Below are positions 23,855-31,549 of a DNA stretch of 64,000 nucleotides, one piece after another. The position numbers and the translations under genes were made by a program. Source of the DNA: Oscillospiraceae bacterium (GTDB lineage: Bacteria; Bacillota; Clostridia; Oscillospirales; CAG-272); contig SVRS01000001.1 of the NCBI GenBank assembly GCA_015064695.1, forward strand, positions 45,998-109,997, read 5' to 3'. The notes under the pieces were generated by a model, which was given only the letters and a program-made list of their open reading frames with translations, was not told the DNA's origin and made no database searches. Within the stretch, counting starts at the first letter, position 1. Every line of letters begins with the position of its first letter.

Positions 23855-25702
23855 ATGGTGAAAAAATTGCTACCGGTGACTCTTTGTGCGGCTATGCTTC
23901 TGTCCTGCTTTATGGCAGGCTGTACCGATAAGCCCGATGAGTCTGTTACCTCCGATGCCATTGATGCACCCGTCTCCTCTGAGCAGGAGACCGCAGAGTC
24001 TGCCGAAACAGAGGAGATCACCGACGGTGAGACCACCGCAGACGATACTGATCCCGCCGAGACAAACGCGGAAGAAAAGGAGCCTGCTTTGGAGCCTACC
24101 GAGTATACCTTCCCCCAAAAGCCCGTGCTGGTGGGTAGCAAGCGCATAGCCTCAGTTGCTATTCGCCACGGCGAGAATACCTCTGAAGCGTATGCCGCAG
24201 CCGAGCTGCAAGCGTACCTGGAAAAGGTAAAAGTCCCCGTCCGGGCAGACGGTGAATATCCCATTACCGTCTGCGTGGATCCTACATTAGAGCAGGAAAG
24301 CTACCGTATTGAGATCACTAAGTCTGAAATGACTATTTCGGGCGGCAGTGGCCGCGGCGTGATCTACGGTGTATATTACTTCCTGGAAAAATATGTCTCC
24401 ATTCGATTCTTTACTCCTGATCTGGAGATTGCACAGGACAAAAAGCCTATTCAGCTGTACGCCGATACGGTGATCGAGCATAGCCCCACCTTTGAACTGC
24501 GCCAAACCAACTGGGTCATAAGCCAGGATGCCGTTTGGAGTCTCAAGAACGGACTCAACTGCCATGACGGCCTCACCGACGAAATGGGCGGTACCTGGAC
24601 CTATGGTGCATGGATCCATACGATCGGCTGGATGACGGGTCACGGCGGGGTCGGTCAGCCCTGCTTGAGTGATCCTCAAAACCTGGCAAACGCGATCGCT
24701 TCCGTGAGAAGCATTCTGGCGCAAAACCCTGATGCCGATATTATTTCGGTCTCCCAGAACGATAATGACGATTACTGCAAGTGTGAGGCTTGCGCCGCCA
24801 TTGATGAGATCGAGGGAAGCCCCTCGGGTAGCATCATCCGCTTCGTCAATGCCATCGCGGCGGACATTGCCGTGGATTATCCCAATGTGGTCATCGACAC
24901 CCTTGCGTATCGCTATAGCCAGGCCGCGCCCAAGGTTACCAAGCCCTTGCCCAACGTCTGCGTCCGCATGGCCCCCTTACTGTCCTGCTTTACCCATGCG
25001 TACAATGACCCCGATTGTCCAAGAAACGCCCAATTTGCACAGGATCTGGTCGATTGGAGCAAAATTTGTGACCGCATCTACATTTGGGACTATACCACCA
25101 ATTTCACCTATTTCGTGCCGACCTTTGAAAATCTGTTTGCGATTCGTGAGAATATGAAATTCTTTGCCGAGCATAACGTCAAGGGAATCTTCGCGCAGGG
25201 GAACGATCAATGTCCCTCGGGCGAGTTTGGCGAGCTTCGTGCCTACCTGTTGACCAGGCTGATGAATGACCCGCTGATGACGCGGAATGAATACTACGAG
25301 CATATGGACGAGTTTCTGAAGGCCTACTACGGTGAGGGATGGCGGTATATCCGCAATTACATTGATGCGACCAGCAATCAAACGGGTATCTATTGCCGCG
25401 GGTGCTACGGCGCGCCCCTGGAGGCCTTTGATCGGGATCGCTACGCCGCACTGGCAGATAGCATTGATTCCTGGTGGGACAAGGCAGAGGAGCTGGCGGG
25501 CGACCGCTTGGAGTACGTACAGCGCTCTCGCCTCCAGTGGCGGTATCTGAAGCTTATGCTCCGCCCCAACGAGGAGGAGGCCAAGACGTTCATAGCCGAC
25601 ATTGCCGCCGCAGGCATCCATTGGAAGGAATGGAGATACACCTCGGCAATCGGTGAGGGCTCAAATCTGTCCAAGTCTCCCGATAAGTGGATATACGATT
25701 AA
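23855..25702 (+). CDS. DUF4838-like lipoprotein, paralogue 3 of 8
   Basis: The start at 23855 gives MVKKLLPVTLCAAMLLSCFMAGC. Core motifs are GGSGRGVIYGVYYFLEK, SQNDNDDYCKCEACAAIDEIEGSPSGSIIRFVNAIAADIA, SCFTHAYNDPDC and ICDRIYIWDY. It is closest to paralogue 4. Confidence 0.9.
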   Translation: MVKKLLPVTLCAAMLLSCFMAGCTDKPDESVTSDAIDAPVSSEQETAESAETEEITDGETTADDTDPAETNAEEKEPALEPTEYTFPQKPVLVGSKRIASVAIRHGENTSEAYAAAELQAYLEKVKVPVRADGEYPITVCVDPTLEQESYRIEITKSEMTISGGSGRGVIYGVYYFLEKYVSIRFFTPDLEIAQDKKPIQLYADTVIEHSPTFELRQTNWVISQDAVWSLKNGLNCHDGLTDEMGGTWTYGAWIHTIGWMTGHGGVGQPCLSDPQNLANAIASVRSILAQNPDADIISVSQNDNDDYCKCEACAAIDEIEGSPSGSIIRFVNAIAADIAVDYPNVVIDTLAYRYSQAAPKVTKPLPNVCVRMAPLLSCFTHAYNDPDCPRNAQFAQDLVDWSKICDRIYIWDYTTNFTYFVPTFENLFAIRENMKFFAEHNVKGIFAQGNDQCPSGEFGELRAYLLTRLMNDPLMTRNEYYEHMDEFLKAYYGEGWRYIRNYIDATSNQTGIYCRGCYGAPLEAFDRDRYAALADSIDSWWDKAEELAGDRLEYVQRSRLQWRYLKLMLRPNEEEAKTFIADIAAAGIHWKEWRYTSAIGEGSNLSKSPDKWIYD

Positions 25703-25726
25703 CAAAATAAATAAAGAGGAAAAAAC

Positions 25727-27577
25727 ATGAAAAGACTTTTAACCCTAACCCTCTGCGCAGCGATGTCGTTGTCCTGCTTTATGACAAGCTGTACCGATAA
25801 GCCCGATGAGCCCGCTACCTCCGATACCACCGACGGTGAGACCACCCAATCGGTCACGGAAGCCGAGGAAAGTGAAACGGCCTACGGGACCGCGGACGAT
25901 ACCACCGAGGAAGCGACCACCGAGGAGGTCGCCGGGCCCGCCGAGCCTGCCGTGACGATATGGCCCGTGAAAGCCATGACCTTCAACAATAAGAATATCC
26001 AAAGCGTAAGCATCCATGCAAGCGAGGACATCTGCGAGCAGTATGCTGCCCGAGAGCTTCAAAAGTATTTGGAGAAGATGAGCATCGCCGTTAAGGAGGA
26101 CGGTGATTTCCCCATCACGTTGCAGATCGACCCGGCATTGGGAGATGACAGCTACCGCATCGAAACCGGGTCGTCCATTGAGGATGGCATGGCCATCACG
26201 GGCGGTAACGGCCGCGGCGTGATCTACGGTGTGTACGGATTCCTGGAGAAAAAGGCCGGCGTGCGGTTCTATACCCCCGACCTGGAGACCTGTAGCGCGG
26301 CCAGCATCCGACTCAATGGAGAATCGGTTATGACCTACGAGCCCACCTTTGAATTTCGTCATACCAACTGGTATACCGCCAACGATGCCGTGTGGAGTCA
26401 GAAGAACGGCATGAACTGCGACATTCTTCTGAGTGACGAAAATAAATACACCGCCGAAATGGGCGGTACCCAGACCATTGTGGGTTGGGTCCATACCTTC
26501 AGCTGGATCACCGGCCACGGCTCCGAGGGTCAGCCCTGTCTGAACGATCCCCAGGTCCTGGCCAATGCCATTGGAACCGTTCGATATATGCTGGAGCAGG
26601 ACCCCACACTTACGGTTATTTCGGTTTCCCAAAACGATAACGAGGATTACTGCAAATGCGAAAAGTGCGCCGCCATCGACGAGATTGAGGGAAGCCCCTC
26701 GGGAAATATCATCCGTTTCGTCAACGCCATCGCGGCGGATATTGCGGAGGACTTCCCCAACGCGGTGCTGGAGACCCTGGCTTACCGGTACAGCATAAAG
26801 GCTCCCGCGGTCACCAAGCCCCTGCCCAACGTCTGCGTACGCCTGGCTCCCGTGTTTTCCTGTAACGTCCATGCCTACAACGATCCTGACTGCCCCATCA
26901 ATGCGGAATTTGCTCAATCCGTTGCGGAATGGAGCAAGATGTGCGAGAGGCTCTACGTTTGGGATTATTCCACCAATTTCAGCTATTTTATCCCGACCTT
27001 TGAGAATCTGTACACCATCCGCGAGAACATGAGATTCTTTGCAGAGCATAACGTCAAGGGTATGTTCTCCCAGGGTAATGACCAGTCGCCCTCTGCAGAG
27101 TTCGGCGAATTGCGCGCCTATCTGTTGCTCAAGCTGATGCAGAATCCCCTGATGAGCAAGGACGAGTATTACGATCATATGGACGAATTCTTGAAGGCCT
27201 ACTACGGCGAGGGCTGGCGATATATCCGCGCATACATCGATCTGACCAGCGGCCAGCCCAGCATTAACTGCCGCGGGTGTTACGACGCGCCCTTGAAAGC
27301 CGCTGACCGAGCCAGATACGTGGCTATGGAGGAAACCGTCGATCAGTGGTGGGACAAGGCCGAGGCGATGGCCGGCGACCGCGCGGAATACGTCAAACGC
27401 TCTCGTCTCCAGTGGCGGTACATCAAGCTGATGCTCGCCCCCGACGAGGAGGAGGCCAAGGCGTTCATAGCCGATATTGCCGCCGCGGGCATCCATTGGA
27501 AGGAATGGAGATACACCTCGGCAATCGGTGAGGGCTCAAATCTGTCCAAGGCTCCCGATAAGTGGATATACGATTAA
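25727..27577 (+). CDS. DUF4838-like lipoprotein, paralogue 4 of 8
   Basis: MKRLLTLTLCAAMSLSCFMTSC signal peptide. Core motifs are GGNGRGVIYGVYGFLEK, SQNDNEDYCKCEKCAAIDEIEGSPSGNIIRFVNAIAADIAEDFP, SCNVHAYNDPDC and MCERLYVWDY. Confidence 0.9.
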   Translation: MKRLLTLTLCAAMSLSCFMTSCTDKPDEPATSDTTDGETTQSVTEAEESETAYGTADDTTEEATTEEVAGPAEPAVTIWPVKAMTFNNKNIQSVSIHASEDICEQYAARELQKYLEKMSIAVKEDGDFPITLQIDPALGDDSYRIETGSSIEDGMAITGGNGRGVIYGVYGFLEKKAGVRFYTPDLETCSAASIRLNGESVMTYEPTFEFRHTNWYTANDAVWSQKNGMNCDILLSDENKYTAEMGGTQTIVGWVHTFSWITGHGSEGQPCLNDPQVLANAIGTVRYMLEQDPTLTVISVSQNDNEDYCKCEKCAAIDEIEGSPSGNIIRFVNAIAADIAEDFPNAVLETLAYRYSIKAPAVTKPLPNVCVRLAPVFSCNVHAYNDPDCPINAEFAQSVAEWSKMCERLYVWDYSTNFSYFIPTFENLYTIRENMRFFAEHNVKGMFSQGNDQSPSAEFGELRAYLLLKLMQNPLMSKDEYYDHMDEFLKAYYGEGWRYIRAYIDLTSGQPSINCRGCYDAPLKAADRARYVAMEETVDQWWDKAEAMAGDRAEYVKRSRLQWRYIKLMLAPDEEEAKAFIADIAAAGIHWKEWRYTSAIGEGSNLSKAPDKWIYD

Positions 27578-27618
27578 CGATATATAAAAGGGAATCTCTA
27601 AAAAAGAAAGGGAATAAC

Positions 27619-29412
27619 ATGAAAAGACTTTTGATTCTGAGCTTATGCGCTTCTATGCTGCTTTCCTGTTTCTTAACAGGCTGCAACAACACCGCTGATC
27701 CCGCTGAAAGCACCGGAGAGGCAACCGCTACGGAGAAAGCCACCACCCAGGAGACTGAGCCTGCGGGAACGACTTCGGAGGAGACCGAGTCCGAAACCGA
27801 GCCCGTGATCGATAACGGCCCCATGCCTGAGGCGGGTCAGGAGCGCTCCCTGTCCAACGTGGCTGTCGTGGCCGGAGACTCGGCCACCGAGGTATACGCC
27901 GCCGCAGAACTGACCAAGTATCTGGAGCTGGCCGATGTCACCATGAAAGACGACGGCTACCCCATCAAGATCAGCATTGACCCCGAAATGGGAGAGGAAA
28001 GCTATCGGATCAAGATTTTCCGAAAAAGCACGAACGGCACCACCATCGTCGGCGGCAATCGCGGCGTGATCTACGGTGTTTACCGCCTTCTGGAGGAGAT
28101 GGGCTTCCGCTTCTTTACTCCCGAGCTGGAGGTCATTCCCGAGGGCCGGGTGGCTCTTATCACGGGGGTTATTGAATACGAGCCCGTTTTTGAAATGCGG
28201 CAATCAAGCTGGATCCCCAGTGCCTCTGACATAGATTGGTGCGTGAAAAACGGTCTGAACCAGGGTACGTGGCTCGACATTCCTGAGGAAAAGGGAGATG
28301 AGTGGAGTTACTATCTGTGGTGCCATTCCTTCGCGGAGATTACGGGTACTCCTTGGGAGAGCCAGCCATGTTTGACGGATCCCGCAATTCTGGAGACCGC
28401 CAAGGCCTACGTGCGGAATGTTCTGGAAACAAGACCCAAGGCACAGATCATCTCTATCTCCCAGAATGATAACTACAACTATTGTAAGTGCGAAAACTGC
28501 GCGGCTGTTGATGCCGAGGAGGGAAGTCCCTCGGGCACGCTGCTTCGCTTCGTCAACGCCATCGCCGCCGACATTGCCGAGGACTATCCCGACGTGATCG
28601 TGGATACGCTGGCCTACCAGTATACCCAGACGGCCCCCAAGATCACCAAGCCTCTGCCCAATGTCTGTGTGCGGCTGTGTTCGCTCCATTGCTGCAGCAT
28701 CCATGGCTTCGACGATCCCAATTGCCGTGAGAATCAGAATTTCGCCAAGGATCTGTTGGATTGGGAAAAGATCTGTGACCGTCTTTACATTTGGGACTAC
28801 ACCAACTGCTTTGCCTATGCCATTCCTACCTATGAGAATTTGTTCTCCATTCGGGAAAAAATGCGCTTTTACGCCGATCATAATGTCAAGGGTATGTTTA
28901 CCCAAGGTAACAGTGACTCGGTCTCGGGCGAATTCGGTGATCTGCGCGCCTATCTGCTGGCGAAGCTCATGCAGAATCCCTACATGACCGACCGAGAATA
29001 CGACACCCACATGAACGAATTCCTGAAGGCCTATTACGGCGAGGGCTGGATGCACATCCGTGCCTATATCGAGCTGGTCTGCCGTGACCAGGATTCCGGT
29101 TGCCGCGCGTTTTACTTTGACCCCTTCATGGTTCACGATGCAAATTGGTATCAGAGCATGGAGGACACCTTTGACCTGCTGTGGGACAAGGCCGAGGAAA
29201 AGGCCGGAGATCGCTTGGCCTACGTTCAACGCTCCCGTCTCCAGTGGCGGTACATCAAGCTGATGTACGCCCCCAACGAGGAGGAGGCCAAGAAATTTGT
29301 CGAGGACGTGACCGCAGCCGGCATCTATTGGCGCGAGGGTGTGAAGTCACTGCCCGAGGGGGTATCTATGTCCGGCCCCATTCACCTGTGGATGGACAAT
29401 CCCTTTACGTAA
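27619..29412 (+). CDS. DUF4838-like lipoprotein, paralogue 5 of 8
   Basis: The start at 27619 gives MKRLLILSLCASMLLSCFLTGC. Core motifs are GGN-RGVIYGVYRLLEE (one residue shorter), SQNDNYNYCKCENCAAVDAEEGSPSGTLLRFVNAIAADIAEDYP, CCSIHGFDDPNC and ICDRLYIWDY. Confidence 0.9.
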   Translation: MKRLLILSLCASMLLSCFLTGCNNTADPAESTGEATATEKATTQETEPAGTTSEETESETEPVIDNGPMPEAGQERSLSNVAVVAGDSATEVYAAAELTKYLELADVTMKDDGYPIKISIDPEMGEESYRIKIFRKSTNGTTIVGGNRGVIYGVYRLLEEMGFRFFTPELEVIPEGRVALITGVIEYEPVFEMRQSSWIPSASDIDWCVKNGLNQGTWLDIPEEKGDEWSYYLWCHSFAEITGTPWESQPCLTDPAILETAKAYVRNVLETRPKAQIISISQNDNYNYCKCENCAAVDAEEGSPSGTLLRFVNAIAADIAEDYPDVIVDTLAYQYTQTAPKITKPLPNVCVRLCSLHCCSIHGFDDPNCRENQNFAKDLLDWEKICDRLYIWDYTNCFAYAIPTYENLFSIREKMRFYADHNVKGMFTQGNSDSVSGEFGDLRAYLLAKLMQNPYMTDREYDTHMNEFLKAYYGEGWMHIRAYIELVCRDQDSGCRAFYFDPFMVHDANWYQSMEDTFDLLWDKAEEKAGDRLAYVQRSRLQWRYIKLMYAPNEEEAKKFVEDVTAAGIYWREGVKSLPEGVSMSGPIHLWMDNPFT

Positions 29413-29430
29413 TCCCATCAGAGAATCAAA

Positions 29431-29470
29431 GCGCCCCCGCAGGAAAAGCCTGCGGGGGTGCTTTGTCTAT
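29431..29470 (+). terminator. Intrinsic terminator after paralogue 5
   Basis: GCGCCCCCGCAGG-AAAAG-CCTGCGGGGGTGC followed by TTTGTCTATTATTTT. Confidence 0.7.
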
Positions 29471-29497
29471 TATTTTGTGGATAAATACAAATCCCTC

Positions 29498-29526
29498 TTG
29501 CTTATTTTTCATAAATGTGATATAAT
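29498..29526 (+). promoter_or_regulatory. SigA-type promoter for paralogue 6 and downstream genes
   Basis: TTGCTT (29498-29503), a 17-nt spacer ending in TGTGA, then TATAAT (29521-29526). Confidence 0.55.
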
Positions 29527-29563
29527 ATGGTGAAAAGCGACTAACCGAAAGGAAAAGAAATTT

Positions 29564-31474
29564 ATGAAAAAAACAATACTGCTGACTCTTTGCGCCTCCA
29601 TGCTGCTATCCTGCTTCCTGGTTGGCTGTAACAAGCCTCCGGCGGGAAGTGATGATACGACGGATCACATCACCATCGGCACGGACACGGCTGAGGACAC
29701 CACAACCGATGAGGAGAATATCGGCGAGACCACCGACGGGAACCATGAAACCACGGCGGCGGAAACCGACCCGGAGGAAACCTCCCCCGAGGAAACCACC
29801 GAGGGCGAGACCCAACCGACGCCTGCCCCCGCTGAGAAGGTCTGGACCAAAAAGACCCTCATGTTTAAATCCAAGCGCGTGTCCGGCGTGACGATCCGTC
29901 ATGGCGGAAACGTCTGCGAGGTATATGCGGCACAGGAGCTGCAGAAGTACCTGGAAAAGATGGGAGTTTCCGTCGCGGAGGACGGTTCGTTCCCCATTAC
30001 CCTCCGCATTGACGATGCTCTGGGCGACGATGCCTACCGCATTGAAACGGGAGACGACGAAAGCGAGGGCATGACCGTAACGGGCGGCAACGGCCGAGGT
30101 GTGATCTACGGCGTGTATGCCTTCCTGGAGCAGAAGGCGGGCGTGCGCTTCTTTACCCCCGAGCTGGAGACCTGCAGTAAGAGCGGTGCCATCCAGATCG
30201 CCGCCAATATGAAGATCGAGTACACGCCGATCTTTGAGAATCGCCATACCGATTGGTTCGGCATCAAAACCAATGCGGATTGGTTTGTCAAGAACGGATT
30301 GAACTGTAGCATCTATATGGATATCAGCGAGGAGATGGGCTCTAAGTGGAGCTACGGCTCCCAGTTCGTTCATAACATCAGCGCCGTCACCAATACCGAT
30401 CCCGGTGCCCAGCCCTGCCTGACCGACCCTGCGATCCTGGAGTACGCCATTCGGTATGTCCGTAACCGCTTGCAAAACGAGCCGGGGGTGAATATCATCA
30501 CCGTTTCTCAGATGGATAATCAGAATTACTGCAGGTGTGAGACCTGTGCCGCAGTGGATGCCGAGGAGGGAAGCCCCGCCGGAACCCTGCTCCGCTTTGT
30601 CAATGCCATCGCTAAGGACATCGCCGAGGATTATCCCGACGTGGTGATTGATACGCTGGCGTACCTGTATACCCGGAAGGCTCCCGCCATCACCAAGCCC
30701 GAGCCCAACGTGTGCATCCGACTCTGCTCCATCGAGTGCTGCTTCGTCCATGCCTTGAACGATCCTTCCTGTCCCGAGAACGTGGCCTTTTGCCAGGATT
30801 TGGAGGATTGGAGTCAGATCTGCGACCGCATCTACGTCTGGGATTATACCACCAACTTCTGTCATTATATCCCCACCTTCACCAACCTTCAGGTGATGCG
30901 GGAGAATATGCGGTTCTTCGCGGAGCATAACGTCAAGGGCATGATGCCCCAGGGCAACAGTGCCTCCGTATCGGGCGAGTTCGGCGAGCTGCGCGCCTAT
31001 CTCCTGGCCAAGCTCATGATGAATCCCCTCATGACCGAGGAGGAGTACAGCGAGCATATGAACGACTTTTTGAAGGCCTATTATGGGAAGGGCTGGGAGT
31101 ACATTCGTTCCTATATTGATTTAACCACCGTCCTCTCCGAGTCGGATTGCCAGGATTGCATGAATCACCCCAGGCACTCGGTGGTGCTGGAGCTCTACCC
31201 CTTGGTGGAGGATAATCTCGACGAGTGGTGGGACAAGGCCGAGGAGCTGGCAGGCGATCGCCTGGCCTACGTCCGGAGATCCCGCCTCCAGTGGAGATAC
31301 CTCCAACTCATGCTCCACCCCGATAAGGAAACAGCCCTGGAATTCATCGCGGACGTACAGGCCGCCGGTGTGACCTGGGGTGACGGTACCACCACCGAGG
31401 TGCCTCCGCGAGCCAACCTGGAGCTTGGTCCGGAATACTGGTTCGTCAGGGGCTACTGGTTGCCCGAAGCTTGA
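29564..31474 (+). CDS. DUF4838-like lipoprotein, paralogue 6 of 8
   Basis: MKKTILLTLCASMLLSCFLVGC signal peptide and a long T/E/D linker. Core motifs are GGNGRGVIYGVYAFLEQ, SQMDNQNYCRCETCAAVDAEEGSPAGTLLRFVNAIAKDIAEDYP, CCFVHALNDPSC and ICDRIYVWDY. Confidence 0.9.
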   Translation: MKKTILLTLCASMLLSCFLVGCNKPPAGSDDTTDHITIGTDTAEDTTTDEENIGETTDGNHETTAAETDPEETSPEETTEGETQPTPAPAEKVWTKKTLMFKSKRVSGVTIRHGGNVCEVYAAQELQKYLEKMGVSVAEDGSFPITLRIDDALGDDAYRIETGDDESEGMTVTGGNGRGVIYGVYAFLEQKAGVRFFTPELETCSKSGAIQIAANMKIEYTPIFENRHTDWFGIKTNADWFVKNGLNCSIYMDISEEMGSKWSYGSQFVHNISAVTNTDPGAQPCLTDPAILEYAIRYVRNRLQNEPGVNIITVSQMDNQNYCRCETCAAVDAEEGSPAGTLLRFVNAIAKDIAEDYPDVVIDTLAYLYTRKAPAITKPEPNVCIRLCSIECCFVHALNDPSCPENVAFCQDLEDWSQICDRIYVWDYTTNFCHYIPTFTNLQVMRENMRFFAEHNVKGMMPQGNSASVSGEFGELRAYLLAKLMMNPLMTEEEYSEHMNDFLKAYYGKGWEYIRSYIDLTTVLSESDCQDCMNHPRHSVVLELYPLVEDNLDEWWDKAEELAGDRLAYVRRSRLQWRYLQLMLHPDKETALEFIADVQAAGVTWGDGTTTEVPPRANLELGPEYWFVRGYWLPEA

Positions 31475-31549
31475 CGGGATCACCGGAATTTCGGCGATGC
31501 AGACTTCCTCCAAAGAAACCGAGAGATGTGAGTCAGAAAGGTAAGACAT

